DNA of 64,000 nt from Erythrobacter sp. (GCA_039972775.1 JBDWMF010000011.1:102851-166850); one strand, 5' to 3'; counted from the first letter of the stretch, positions 46,820 to 57,115 are shown. The notes: generated by a model not told the origin, from the letters alone. Numbers and translations are program-made.

Positions 46820-49116
46820 GGCTTCACCGTTTCTTCGAAAAGATTATCACGCGATGCCATTCGCGGCGCTCCCTCAAAATTCAACTCTTCGAATATGGGT
46901 TTTGGAGTGTCCGAGAATCGATTTCCAACGACCTGTGTTTTAGGCGTGCCAACCGTATGGACAATCCGCAAGGGCAAGGAGTTCGTGAGCTCGTTACGAT
47001 CAACCATGGTCGTTTGCACGCCGTGCAAATGGATAGAACCGCCGGTGCCATTGGTTGGCGCCTTACCGACATTGCTAAGCGCATTTTCGGTGATCTGCAC
47101 AAATGGACCAAAGGTGCTTTCATCGCGCCCGCCGCGATAAATACTGGCAATCGGTCCGCCAATATTTGCAAAGCTGTTGCGCGCCATGGTTAGATATTCG
47201 ACGTTATATTGCCCGTAATCCTCAGTCTCAGCAGAGGCTTGCAGGATCGTGCCAGTAATATCGCTAAACTTACTGTTCGTGATCGAAACACGCTGCGCCA
47301 TTGAACTTTTGCCGAGCGTGATGACGTTGAAGCTCTTGTTCACGACCAATCCGCGCACGGTTACTTCATCAAGCGCAATTTCAAGGTTCGATTGGATTGG
47401 GAAGCTGCTGGTTTTAATCATCGAATTGCCGACGGAATCTGGCGCAAGCTCACCATCCACGGTTAGTTTTTGGAGCTGCAAATTGCCGCCCTCTTGAAGC
47501 TCGAACAATGATGGGCGGCCAAATTTGATGACCGGTCCATTACCACCATCAACCACGGAGCCTGTTAGCGTTAGTGATTTGTCCAAGGGGATGGTCCGGT
47601 TGACGATGTATTCGCCGGGAGCAAGCATCAAAATATCGCCACCCGCCGCCTGCATTATTGCAGTGACCAGCGTATCTTCGCCCGGCATGACTTCCACGGT
47701 GCGACCCGATGAGCCAAAAGTCTCGCCCTCTTTGGGTTTTGGATAATAGGACGCGCCAACTTTATCGAGGCTCGGCACTTTCAAATCGCGCGGTGCACCA
47801 ACGTCAGCGAGATCGGCATTGGTCGGATAGAGAAGTCCATTTTCGCCGCGAGCCATTTCAACCGGCGTGCGAGTAACTTTACCAGCAAGTTCTGCTTGAA
47901 CATCGCCGCCAGCAACGCGGTTGCCGTCAAAAGTGATGCCAGAGATATCGTCATAGGCCTCTAGGAAACTCTCGCCGTTGAGGCCACTCAGCAGATTGTT
48001 CGCAAAGCTAGTCTTGCTCGGCGCGGCAGAGCGCTCAGTATCCGCACCAACATTGAAAGCGACGCGGCGGCTATCAACGATAGTGTTATTGTCGATTTTG
48101 GCGCCCTCCACCTCAACATAGCGATTGACTGGCGAATTGGGCACGCCATTCATGATAGCGAGCGCGCTGGAGAACGCGTCGCCGCGAAGCCCCTCCATGT
48201 AATTGCCGCGAATGGTCTGGAACCGGTTGATGACCCGAATTCCGCCTGTGTAATCCGCTCCGCCGCCAAGGAAGACATTGCCTTCCACCACATTATTGTC
48301 ACCGTGGCGCAAGGTCAGTGTGCCCCGCGATTTCAGGAACAAGTTCCCGCGAAACACATTGCCGCCAGATTTAGACGAAATGATCTCAACTTCGCCGCTG
48401 GTCCGGTCAAACACATTGCTTTCAACTCGCGAATTGGAATTGAACATGGAATATTTGCTGGTCCCGATCCTCAGAGTTTCGCCGCCATTGGAACCCAAGA
48501 CAGGACGCGGGCCGAAATAATTGTGATCGATCAGATGGTTATTCTCGCGGCTTTCCTCGCTATCGAGCCGGACAGCTAGCGTTACACCTTTATTGGTTTT
48601 GCCGATGAGATTGTTGTGATCAAAGCGATTATTCTTGCCATAAATAGTGACCCAGCGATCATCATCATAGCGGTCAGGCTTAGAGTAGCCATCAATCACC
48701 ATTTCGGTAACGCGGCTATTGCGCGCCGTATCAGACTTGCTGCGGCGGAATGAGATCACTTCGCCGCGCGGGCTGTAGCCATCCTTAAAAACAAAACCTT
48801 TTACCAGCATATGTTCGCCGCCAACGCGCAGGCTGGATTGGCCGGTCAAAACGACTTTGCCAGCCTCTTGTGCGCGGACAGTAATGGGGTTGCCAGCTTC
48901 ACCTTTGCCGGTCACTTCGATTTCAAAATCGCGCCAGACGCCATTGGCAAGGATGATCACATCGCCCGCTTCAACCTGCTTCAGAGCATTCGCATACTGT
49001 GCTTGATCGCGGACAAGGAAATCTTCAGCATAGGCTGGCGCAACAACAAAAGATGCCGTCAAAGCGAACACGCCCAAACGCCCAGGGAGACGCATAACGC
49101 CAAGCTTTGCCAACAT
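46816..49116 (-). CDS. PL6-family (chondroitinase-B-like, two-domain) alginate lyase
   Basis: I chose the start at MLAKLGVMRLPG (49116), with GAAGGGG upstream. The N-terminal block is ...AGDVIILANGVWRDFEI..., and beta-helix repeats occur throughout. Its stop overlaps the PL17 start as ATGA. Confidence 0.8.
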   Translation of the reverse strand: MLAKLGVMRLPGRLGVFALTASFVVAPAYAEDFLVRDQAQYANALKQVEAGDVIILANGVWRDFEIEVTGKGEAGNPITVRAQEAGKVVLTGQSSLRVGGEHMLVKGFVFKDGYSPRGEVISFRRSKSDTARNSRVTEMVIDGYSKPDRYDDDRWVTIYGKNNRFDHNNLIGKTNKGVTLAVRLDSEESRENNHLIDHNYFGPRPVLGSNGGETLRIGTSKYSMFNSNSRVESNVFDRTSGEVEIISSKSGGNVFRGNLFLKSRGTLTLRHGDNNVVEGNVFLGGGADYTGGIRVINRFQTIRGNYMEGLRGDAFSSALAIMNGVPNSPVNRYVEVEGAKIDNNTIVDSRRVAFNVGADTERSAAPSKTSFANNLLSGLNGESFLEAYDDISGITFDGNRVAGGDVQAELAGKVTRTPVEMARGENGLLYPTNADLADVGAPRDLKVPSLDKVGASYYPKPKEGETFGSSGRTVEVMPGEDTLVTAIMQAAGGDILMLAPGEYIVNRTIPLDKSLTLTGSVVDGGNGPVIKFGRPSLFELQEGGNLQLQKLTVDGELAPDSVGNSMIKTSSFPIQSNLEIALDEVTVRGLVVNKSFNVITLGKSSMAQRVSITNSKFSDITGTILQASAETEDYGQYNVEYLTMARNSFANIGGPIASIYRGGRDESTFGPFVQITENALSNVGKAPTNGTGGSIHLHGVQTTMVDRNELTNSLPLRIVHTVGTPKTQVVGNRFSDTPKPIFEELNFEGAPRMASRDNLFEETVKP

Positions 49117-49205
49117 CCATATTCCCCTTCTATTATCGCTTACGACTATAGAAGCGAAGCTCAGACTGTCAATCAATCTGGACTGCCAAAACCATATTTT
49201 CTGTA

Positions 49206-49213
49206 ATACCAAT
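49206..49213. promoter_or_regulatory. ATACCAAT box upstream of the PL6 gene
   Basis: This is one of six direct copies of ATACCAAT that I saw only in intergenic regions of the alginate locus. Confidence 0.4.
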
Positions 49214-49214
49214 T

Positions 49215-49955
49215 TTAGCCGATTTTTCCAGCAGCTGTGAAGCGCTCTCGGCTCTTTGTGGCTTGCTCCCGCAACTCTTCTAAGGCCTGCTTTTCCGTTG
49301 CATCCAGCATTGCTTCAATCAACCGGTGGAAGTGCTCGCGCATTGCCCCACGGGCCGCGGCAGGATCACGTGCCTTCAATGCATCGAATACAGCGCGGTG
49401 CTCATCTGTACGCGTTTCGGCATCATGAACACAAACCGATTCATATGTTGCCTTCACCTCTGGCAACTCTTCACGAATGCGCCAAAATGTTTGGATCGTG
49501 TGCAAAAGAGCTGCATTATTGGATGCCTCAGCAACCGTAAGGTGAAACGCTTCATCAGCCTCATTGGCCGCCGCTTCGTTACCCGAGCGCATTTGTTCAA
49601 TCAGACCTTCAAGCCGCTCAATCCCATCGGCTGTGATATTATGGGCTGCCAATGCGGCGGCCTCAGATTCAACCAGCAATCGAGCCTCGGTCAATTCAAA
49701 AGCGCTGGTTTCAGGAAGAGAGCCGCCACCATTGGGCTGCTCGTCTGCAACGTAGACACCCGACCCCGTTTTAATCTCTAAGCGGCCCACAGCCTGAAGA
49801 GCAATTTCAGCTTCTCGGATTGTCACACGGCTGACGCTAAGGCGTTCGGCAAGCTCACGTTCGCCGGGAAGCCGCGTTCCGGCAGGAAATGCACCTTCAT
49901 CAATAAGCCGAGCAATTTGCTCAGCAACTGATTGAAAAAGTCGCTTACCTGTCAT
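49215..49955 (-). CDS. GntR-family (FadR/FCD subfamily) transcriptional regulator
   Basis: It has an N-terminal winged helix-turn-helix, ...LPGERELAERLSVSRVTIREA..., and a helical FCD-like C-terminal domain. Confidence 0.9.
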   Translation of the reverse strand: MTGKRLFQSVAEQIARLIDEGAFPAGTRLPGERELAERLSVSRVTIREAEIALQAVGRLEIKTGSGVYVADEQPNGGGSLPETSAFELTEARLLVESEAAALAAHNITADGIERLEGLIEQMRSGNEAAANEADEAFHLTVAEASNNAALLHTIQTFWRIREELPEVKATYESVCVHDAETRTDEHRAVFDALKARDPAAARGAMREHFHRLIEAMLDATEKQALEELREQATKSRERFTAAGKIG

Positions 49956-49998
49956 TGCAATCCCTCACCAATGCCACCCCCAAACTGGTGCACCTTAT

Positions 49999-50014
49999 GT
50001 ATAACTATACCAAT
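49999..50014. promoter_or_regulatory. GTATA-N2-TATAC palindrome overlapping an ATACCAAT box, upstream of the GntR gene
   Basis: GTATAACTATACCAAT lies about 45-55 nt upstream of the regulator start. It has the GT...AC symmetry expected of GntR operators. Confidence 0.4.
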
Positions 50015-50046
50015 TCTCTTTTCGCTCATAGCCTATAAGATATTCC

Positions 50047-50072
50047 GGCGCTGCATCCCCCAACGCAGCGCC
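50047..50072 (-). terminator. candidate hairpin after the TonB-dependent receptor gene
   Basis: GGCGCTGC-N10-GCAGCGCC forms an 8-bp stem 12 nt after the stop. The trailing sequence is not strongly U-rich. Confidence 0.35.
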
Positions 50073-50083
50073 GAAAACTCGAA

Positions 50084-53000
50084 CTAGAATTTGAAACGAA
50101 GTCCAGCAAAGTAGCGGGGTCCGTAAACCAACACTTGACTCAAATCATCTGCAGCACCGCGGAAGTCGGTACGCGGTTCGTTGAAGAGGTTGATCCCTTC
50201 AAGAGAGAACCGCACATTATCCGTGATTTTGTATGAAATACGCGCTTCAAATACACCAACATCATCTACAAACCGCAGACGGCCCGGCGTGGAGACAAAC
50301 TGCTGGAAGTAGTCGCTGCGATATTTGTAAACACCTTGCAGACTCAGCGGGCCAGTTTCGTAATAGGCTTGCGCAGAGAGAACGTGCTTGGAGAATCCCG
50401 GAAGGTTACCCGGCGCAACGAGACCATTAATCTGCGTTGTGCTCCCATCCGCATTTTCAATTGTTGAAGCGCCAAGAACATCATCTTCAAACTCAAAGTT
50501 TGAATCTGCATAGTTATAGCTCAACTTGAAGCCCAGGCCATCAAATGGAGCAGGCAGATAGCTGAAACGGTGCGCCGCGGTCACTTCGATACCATAGATC
50601 CGGCTGGTTTCATCAGAGGTTTCGATCCGCGAGGTCAATACCTCAACAGCGCCACCTTCGATGTTATAGGTTTCTAGGGCCGACACGCCTTCAAACCCAC
50701 CATTGAAGCTCTTGTAATAGGCGTTGAAGGCTAGAATCGTATCAGCGTCTGGATACCATTCTAGGCCTGCATCGAAGTTCCACGATAGAAGTGCTTCTGA
50801 GAATGGGTTACCGGTCGAACTCGCGCCGTTGATCCCATTCTGCACTGCCTCTTCACGCGTTGCAAAATCGTCATTGGCATTCAGGCTGAATATCCGGCCC
50901 GCGCCAAGGTCTGAAGGATCAGGACGCGACAGCGAGCGATACACCCCAAAGCGCGCAAGCAGATCAGGTTGGACATCGGCGACAAGATTAAAGCTTGGCA
51001 AAAACTCGGTGTAGGAATTCTTGAACACATTGCGTTCGATATCCACCGTCGGGTCTTCTGCCAATGCAAAACCGAATGTACCATCGCCATCATTGTCGGT
51101 TGTGATCAAGCTCAACGCCGTGCGGAAACCAGTTGAAGTGATCGAGTTGCTCACTACCCTGACACCGATGTTTCCTCGTACCGGAGTGGTGCCAAGCTCT
51201 GTGTCGAAGTTGGCTTGGATGTAACCAGCCCAACTGCGCTCTTCGATATCCGTGTTTTGGATTGAGTCAAAATCACCAGTCGGGAAAACGACATTTCCAT
51301 CGGCATCAATGGTTAAGCCTGACGGATCTTCGCGCTCCAATACGCGGGCAATACAGCGCGCATCAAAGGTCGCAAAAGTGTTCGATGTTCCAATGACATT
51401 CCCATCCAAATCGACATTGGTGATAAGCGGGTTGCCTCCGGAGATCGAAGATAGAAAGCCAGTTTCAGGAAAATTGGTCCGGCATTCTTGGTTGGCAATG
51501 AACAGCGCGCCTGAGCCATCTGTATCATTATAAGTATTTTCAAAACGGCTAGTTCCGTTCGATGCGCCAGGAACGTCACGGTAGACAAGTTGCTGATAGC
51601 GCGTACCGGCCATGAGACTGGAAAAGAAGCCATCCATTTCATATTCGACATCGCCGCGGACAGCCCAAATCTCATTGAAACGGTCTTGCTCCAAATCAGC
51701 GCGCAAACGCGGATCGTTGGCAAACAAAGTGTAATCGGTCACATCGAAGTTCTGTGTGACAAAGTTCAGACCTTCCGAGCCGTTTTGAAAGATCTGGGTC
51801 ACAGTTTCGATCCGGTCATCCGTCCCGTTTGTCCGGTCTGCATTGGGCGTTTGATCGCTCTCAAACGCTTCTGGGAAGAACGGGTTACCATCGGCATCCG
51901 TGTTGCCAAAGATGCTTTCACCGTCCTCTGTCCGGAACCGGATCTGCACAGCCTCCTCGATCCGTTGAGTACGTGAGTAAGACGCGTCAAGCGCTACGTT
52001 CAAGCGGTCAGTCGGACGAAACTCGATAGAAAGACCACCACCGTAATATTCTTCGTCACGCTCGAGATACTCACTTACCGCCTCAACCCGCTGCTCATTA
52101 GTGAACTGACGCAGCGCGCCGGTAGGCGTTGTGATTAAGTCAAAACCTGAAATGGTGTTGGGATCACCGGGGCCGTCAATCCGGCGGCTTTCAGCGAAGT
52201 TCAAATCGCTGCGCTGCTCGGCTTGGACACGCTTGGAGTATTGGAAGTCTGCGTTAATATCGACGTCTGGTGACGGCTGATATTGAATCGCGCCAAAGAA
52301 GCTATCGCGGCGCTCTTCTGTGATGTTTGACCGCAGGGCATAGCTGTTGCGAGCGATCAGGAACTCGTCGGTGACGGTGCCATCGCGCAGTCCAGCGATC
52401 GTGTCGGAGCTCGTGTCGCAATTGCCATCGTCGAAAACGCCATCGCCTGTGTCAGTCGGGTCGATCACACAAGCACGGACCGTGCCCGATACGCGCGCCT
52501 CCTGCTCTGGATTGCTAGAATCAACACGCGAATAACCGAGCGAAACACCCAGCTCACCATCACCAAGATTGAATTGATCGACGTAACTTAGCGTCGCGCG
52601 ATAGCCGAATTTGTTGAAACGCTGATCAGGGTCAATATCAAGATTATCAGGGTTGATGTTGAGTTTAAAATCACCCTGAATACGCTGCTTGCCATAATCG
52701 AGCGGCTTGAGAGTATCGAGCGTAATCTGGCCGGCCACACCGCCCTCGATGTAGCTTGCAGCTTGCGTCTTATAAATACCGACTTTGTTGAACAATTCCG
52801 ATGGGAAAATGCTGAAGTTTACAGAACGGTCGCCGCTACCGTTTGTTGTCGCACGCCCGTTCACCACTGTTGAACTAAGGAAAGGACCAAGGCCGCGGAT
52901 TGAGATTTCTGTTGCGCCGCCATTTTCACGGTGCGAACCAGCACCAGTCAAAGTTTCCAGCGCTTCACCAATCGAAAGCGCAGGAAGGTCACCAATTTCA

Positions 53001-53251
53001 TCCGCCGAAAGCGCGTCAAAGACTTCGGTCGAATTACGCTTTTCATCGATTGAGTTTTGGATAGTCCGGCGGATACCAGTAACAACGATACCACCATCTT
53101 CTTCAGCAATTTCTTCCGCAGCAGCATCTTGTGCAGCAGCCTCTTGTGCAAACGCCGCCTGAGGTACTGCGATCACAGATAGCGCAGAACCCGCCAACAA
53201 AACTGTATTGAAACGCGACGCGTGCGCGCCCTTGCGAAACTTAGACATCAA
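50084..53251 (-). CDS. TonB-dependent receptor (alginate-locus associated)
   Basis: 1055 aa. It has a signal peptide ending AFAQ and a plug region, ...IVVTGIRRTIQNSIDEKR...DEIGDLPALSIGEAL.... It ends in ...AGLRFKF. Confidence 0.9.
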   Translation of the reverse strand: MMSKFRKGAHASRFNTVLLAGSALSVIAVPQAAFAQEAAAQDAAAEEIAEEDGGIVVTGIRRTIQNSIDEKRNSTEVFDALSADEIGDLPALSIGEALETLTGAGSHRENGGATEISIRGLGPFLSSTVVNGRATTNGSGDRSVNFSIFPSELFNKVGIYKTQAASYIEGGVAGQITLDTLKPLDYGKQRIQGDFKLNINPDNLDIDPDQRFNKFGYRATLSYVDQFNLGDGELGVSLGYSRVDSSNPEQEARVSGTVRACVIDPTDTGDGVFDDGNCDTSSDTIAGLRDGTVTDEFLIARNSYALRSNITEERRDSFFGAIQYQPSPDVDINADFQYSKRVQAEQRSDLNFAESRRIDGPGDPNTISGFDLITTPTGALRQFTNEQRVEAVSEYLERDEEYYGGGLSIEFRPTDRLNVALDASYSRTQRIEEAVQIRFRTEDGESIFGNTDADGNPFFPEAFESDQTPNADRTNGTDDRIETVTQIFQNGSEGLNFVTQNFDVTDYTLFANDPRLRADLEQDRFNEIWAVRGDVEYEMDGFFSSLMAGTRYQQLVYRDVPGASNGTSRFENTYNDTDGSGALFIANQECRTNFPETGFLSSISGGNPLITNVDLDGNVIGTSNTFATFDARCIARVLEREDPSGLTIDADGNVVFPTGDFDSIQNTDIEERSWAGYIQANFDTELGTTPVRGNIGVRVVSNSITSTGFRTALSLITTDNDGDGTFGFALAEDPTVDIERNVFKNSYTEFLPSFNLVADVQPDLLARFGVYRSLSRPDPSDLGAGRIFSLNANDDFATREEAVQNGINGASSTGNPFSEALLSWNFDAGLEWYPDADTILAFNAYYKSFNGGFEGVSALETYNIEGGAVEVLTSRIETSDETSRIYGIEVTAAHRFSYLPAPFDGLGFKLSYNYADSNFEFEDDVLGASTIENADGSTTQINGLVAPGNLPGFSKHVLSAQAYYETGPLSLQGVYKYRSDYFQQFVSTPGRLRFVDDVGVFEARISYKITDNVRFSLEGINLFNEPRTDFRGAADDLSQVLVYGPRYFAGLRFKF

Positions 53252-53342
53252 ATTCTCCCAAAGTAAATCTAATTGCGCGCGACGGTAGCCAGAGTCAGAA
53301 TTGAGTCAACCTATTGAACATACCTTTATGCGACTTTTTGTC

Positions 53343-53358
53343 ATACCAATTGGATTAC
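53343..53358. promoter_or_regulatory. ATACCAATTGGATTAC palindromic box upstream of the first receptor gene
   Basis: It has a CCAATTGG core and lies about 95 nt upstream of the start at 53251. Confidence 0.4.
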
Positions 53359-53405
53359 AAGGAGAACTTTGACTTCTGCGCACCCACTTAGCCCACAAAT
53401 AGAAA

Positions 53406-53443
53406 GGGCCGGCGATGCAGATTTATGTCCACACGGCCAGCCC
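53406..53443 (-). terminator. candidate terminator of the second receptor gene
   Basis: On the minus strand, GGGCTGGC...GCCGGCCC forms an 8-bp stem with one G-U pair and a long loop. It is followed by TTTCTATTTG. Confidence 0.4.
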
Positions 53444-53507
53444 TTAATAGGAACCAATTCAGGATTGGGCGAAGCGAATAAGCCCCGCCCTTCCTATCGT
53501 TACACGC

Positions 53508-56500
53508 TTATAGTTTGAACGTTGCACCAAAAGTAATGCGGCGATCAGGCAGACCTTGGAAACAAGTCAGTGCCCCGTCATTGACGCAGAATTGCTCAAT
53601 ATTCGACTTGGTGATGTTCACACCCTCAACACCGATATTGATGTTGTCGGTAAGATCGTAAGTGATGCTTCCGTTAAGCTGACCGCGCGCCCCAGTAACA
53701 GTCGGGAAACCGAATGTTGAGTTGAGCGATGCACCGCCCGCTGTATCCAGCGTCCGGAAGCTGTCACGCCATGTGTAACGAAGGCGAGCCGACAGGCCGT
53801 ACTTCTCATAATACAATGTGGCGTTGTAAGCGTGCTTCGACAGGTCAAGCAGACCCTGAACGCGCGTTACCGGCACTACAAGCGTCGGATTGATCGCTTG
53901 GAATGCATCTTCTGCACGGCCAGAGTTCGTGTTGAACGCCTCGCCACCACTAAACTTTTGGTAAGTGTAGTTCGCCAGAATACCAAAGCCCGATGCAAAG
54001 CCCAATGTGTCTTCGAAGTTCGACAGATCATATTGGAAGGCAACTTCGATACCGGTCTGCTTTGTGTTGGCAGTATCGTTCACCTGCGTTTGGATTGGCA
54101 CACAAATACCATTGCCGAGCTGGTCTGACAGGACGTTACGGTCAGCGATTGGGTTAAAGATACCGCCAGCTTCACATGGATCAGTGATGTCGCGGAAGCC
54201 ATTGGCATCTTCAAACGGCTCTTGAACCTGCGTCACATGAAGGTTTGAACGGTTCTTGTGGAAGAAACCAACGCTGAACACTGCCGCCGGGGCAAAATAC
54301 CAATCAACTGAGGCATCGTATGACCAGATGGTTTCTGGCGCGAGCGATGGATTACCAATCGAAACAGCGGCGTTCGGGCTAGTGCCGAAGCTTACCGATG
54401 AAGATAGCTGATTGAAGTCCGGACGGTTAATGTCACGGCCGGCGCTAGCACGAATGACGATATCGTCAGTCGCCTCTAGGATCAGGTTAACCCGCGGCAA
54501 CCACTCACTATAGCTTCCGCTTGTTACAACCGGCACACCGGTTCCGCCAAGTGTCGTAATACCCAGCGAGTCAATCGATGTATCGACATAACGCACACCC
54601 GCATTGCCGCGCAGCGCGCCAAAGTCGAAATTGGCCTGCAGATAAGCAGCGTGTGTTTCTTCATCAATGCTGAAGAACGCGTCGTTCGAAGGCGTTGGGT
54701 CACCGACTGATCCATTGGTGGTATTCAGCGCCGCCTGAAGGATGTTCAAAGTTCCTTCTTGGTCGTTAAACGCAGCATCTGGATCGATGATTACGAAGTT
54801 GCGGAACGCCAATTCGCGCCCATCAGCTTCGCCAAAGAAATCGTTTCCTTGGACCAGCAATTCCGAGAACAAAGTGCCGCTAGGGCTGTTCGCAATCGAG
54901 CCAGTACCAAAACTAGAACCGATGTCGTTGAATTCGCTCGAACGGCGGTTCCAGCGATAGCCTGCATCAACAGAGGAAATGAAGCCAATCGATGCCGATG
55001 TGTCATAACTAAGGTCGAAACGAATGGCATCGTCTGCGTTTTCAGTGGTGTCTCGGCCAACATTCACGCCATCAAGGACCACATTGGCACCGCTCAGGTC
55101 TGTAAGCTGTCCTACAGTAGGCGCAAACGGCGAAGCGAAATCGACACCAAATGTCAGTGCGCCGCCGGTCAGATCATAGATGAATGGAACGCTGTTATCG
55201 TTTGATGTACCATCTAGCGGCGTCAGCGGGTTAGGATTGATGAAGTTCAGCGTGGTGCTGAGGTTCGGGTTTACTGTATCTGAGCGCGAACGTGACGCTT
55301 CGAAATGCACCGAAAGATCGCCAGTTTCCCAGTCAAACCCCCAACGCAGGATGCTGCTGTCGGTAACACGAGCGCCAGTATCTGATGAGAAACGCAAGTT
55401 TGGATCATCATCATCCTGCGCAAGATTGGGCTGGATCGTGCCCGTCAGAGCCGCCTGGATTGAACCCAAATCAACGCCATCGATTACACCCAGTTCAATC
55501 GTTTCAAACGTATCAGGAACATTGACAGTATCAACGCTGCTGACGCCAGACGCTTGGATACGCGTACTTTCCTGACGACGCTCTTGATCGTTGTAGAAAC
55601 CGTCGACGAATACAGTAAAGTTTGGCGCTGCCTCCCACTCAAACGAGCCGGAAAGGTTGATGGTTTCAAATGAAAAGTCTTCTGTTTCTTGGTTTAAGAA
55701 CTGAATACCCAAGAATGGGAAGTCCGGACCAGGTGCTCCAGCCGCCGTTACGGAGCCATTGGCGAAAATTGGGTTGTCACGGTCGACACGAGGACGGAAA
55801 GAAATCGCGTCCTGCTTTGTGTAGCTACCCGCAATCACAAGGCCCATATCACCAGCGCCGGTTGACCAATTGTCACCAAACGTAGCGGAAATCCGAGGCT
55901 GCACTGATTCAGCGAGCTCTGAATATTCACCCTGCACGCGAACAGCAACAAGCGTCTCGGTTAGGTCCAGCGGACGGATTGTGCGCAGATTGATCGTACC
56001 GCCAACGGCGCCTTCGATTGTTTCCGCTTGAGGCGCCTTAATCACTTCAACCGATGAAATGATCGCTGCGTTCACATCTTCAAAATTGATGCCGCCGCGG
56101 CCCGAACCCGAACCCAGCGTGGTTACGCCGTTAATCGCGGTGCGGTTGTCGTTTGTACCGCGAATTTGAACGCCAGTACCAACACCAGCCGTACGAGTGA
56201 TTTGAACACCCGTTACGTTCTCAAGCACTTCAGCAAGGTTTTGGTCAGGCAGCTTACCGATGTCTTCCGCCTGAATAACTTCGATCAAGCTGTCCGCGTT
56301 ACGCTTTTCGTTAAGAGCGCTTTGAAGTGAACTGCGGATACCCGTAACGATGATCTCGCCACCTTCCGCTTCCCCAGCTGCTGGAGCCGCGTCTTGCGCA
56401 CTCGCCGCCGTTGCGGGCAACATAAGCGCAGGCAAAAACGCTGCAGAAACCATTAACGCTTTGCGATTCAAGCCAAGTTCGCGACCCAAACCAGCACGGG

Positions 56501-56519
56501 GTGTCCGTGTAACTTCCAT
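53508..56519 (-). CDS. TonB-dependent receptor (alginate-locus associated)
   Basis: 1003 aa. It has the plug region ...IIVTGIRSSLQSALNEKR...EDIGKLPDQNLAEVL... and ends in ...TFGATFKL. Confidence 0.9.
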   Translation of the reverse strand: MEVTRTPRAGLGRELGLNRKALMVSAAFLPALMLPATAASAQDAAPAAGEAEGGEIIVTGIRSSLQSALNEKRNADSLIEVIQAEDIGKLPDQNLAEVLENVTGVQITRTAGVGTGVQIRGTNDNRTAINGVTTLGSGSGRGGINFEDVNAAIISSVEVIKAPQAETIEGAVGGTINLRTIRPLDLTETLVAVRVQGEYSELAESVQPRISATFGDNWSTGAGDMGLVIAGSYTKQDAISFRPRVDRDNPIFANGSVTAAGAPGPDFPFLGIQFLNQETEDFSFETINLSGSFEWEAAPNFTVFVDGFYNDQERRQESTRIQASGVSSVDTVNVPDTFETIELGVIDGVDLGSIQAALTGTIQPNLAQDDDDPNLRFSSDTGARVTDSSILRWGFDWETGDLSVHFEASRSRSDTVNPNLSTTLNFINPNPLTPLDGTSNDNSVPFIYDLTGGALTFGVDFASPFAPTVGQLTDLSGANVVLDGVNVGRDTTENADDAIRFDLSYDTSASIGFISSVDAGYRWNRRSSEFNDIGSSFGTGSIANSPSGTLFSELLVQGNDFFGEADGRELAFRNFVIIDPDAAFNDQEGTLNILQAALNTTNGSVGDPTPSNDAFFSIDEETHAAYLQANFDFGALRGNAGVRYVDTSIDSLGITTLGGTGVPVVTSGSYSEWLPRVNLILEATDDIVIRASAGRDINRPDFNQLSSSVSFGTSPNAAVSIGNPSLAPETIWSYDASVDWYFAPAAVFSVGFFHKNRSNLHVTQVQEPFEDANGFRDITDPCEAGGIFNPIADRNVLSDQLGNGICVPIQTQVNDTANTKQTGIEVAFQYDLSNFEDTLGFASGFGILANYTYQKFSGGEAFNTNSGRAEDAFQAINPTLVVPVTRVQGLLDLSKHAYNATLYYEKYGLSARLRYTWRDSFRTLDTAGGASLNSTFGFPTVTGARGQLNGSITYDLTDNINIGVEGVNITKSNIEQFCVNDGALTCFQGLPDRRITFGATFKL

Positions 56520-56557
56520 TTACTCTCTCCCTGTAAACTCAAAATTGAAAATTGGGG

Positions 56558-56648
56558 ATACCAATCCACAATCACATGTCAATATTCAGAACATACCAAT
56601 CCAGCCAAAAGCCAACGCCGTTTGGTATTATAATTATATTATACCAAT
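56558..56648. promoter_or_regulatory. cluster of three ATACCAAT boxes plus one inverted TTGGTAT
   Basis: The boxes lie at 56558-56565, 56593-56600 and 56641-56648, with TTGGTAT at 56622-56628. TTGGTAT-N12-ATACCAA forms an inverted repeat. All lie upstream of the receptor start at 56519. Confidence 0.45.
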
Positions 56649-56881
56649 TAAATGAAGGCTTATGCGAGGTGCTTAAGAAGTTCAACAAAATCACATTAAA
56701 TCATTAAAATTCAATGTCTTGACACACACTAAGCGGCCTATTCAACCATCTACAAAAAAGGGTCGAACGCACTCTTTAGTCCAATGACTGCTATTCAATC
56801 GCTTAGTTTCTAATTGATACCTGACGCATATCTTGTCAGACCTGATGCGAAATTGACACATAATCTTCAGAGGCCGCTGAG

Positions 56882-56898
56882 CCCCCCCCCCTTTTTTT
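56882..56898. repeat. homopolymeric tract C10 T7
   Basis: GCCCCCCCCCCTTTTTTTCC is read directly from the sequence. It lies in a ~700-bp intergenic region. Confidence 0.9.
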
Positions 56899-57098
56899 CC
56901 AAGCGAGCTATTGGGCAAGGCAGCCATGTAAACACCAGCAAAAGCAGATAAACTTAGCCTCAATCTCAGTTTTTTGCCCGCGAAATGTTGCTTATGCTCG
57001 GTCAGAGCTCGGCGCATTGCAACCGAGGAAGGTTCCTGATCCCGCTGTCTTGTCCGCTACAGAACAGCCTCAAGAAATCCGCTCTTTGATAGATATTC

Positions 57099-57115
57099 AA
57101 CCAAATGGTTTGGTT
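57099..57115. promoter_or_regulatory. AACCAAA-TGG-TTTGGTT palindrome upstream of the NRAMP-like/uxuA pair
   Basis: Perfect 7-bp arms lie about 110 nt upstream of the ATG at 57224. The ACCAA core is related to the ATACCAAT box. Confidence 0.35.

Noticed and set aside
23351-56519. Numerous antisense or out-of-frame ORFs of 60-160 aa inside the three large receptor genes, the lyase genes, GH42 and kdgK (for example 24944..25435, 41184..42125, 46223..47140, 54759..55205)
   Set aside because: They lie entirely within longer ORFs that have clear family signatures on the other strand or frame. Their composition is Arg/Ser/Cys-rich, as is typical of shadow ORFs.
56742-57017. A 91-aa minus-strand ORF in the long intergenic region
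   Set aside because: It reads through the C10T7 tract (giving KKGGGAQ), has no ribosome-binding site and resembles no family I recognise. It is most likely spurious.
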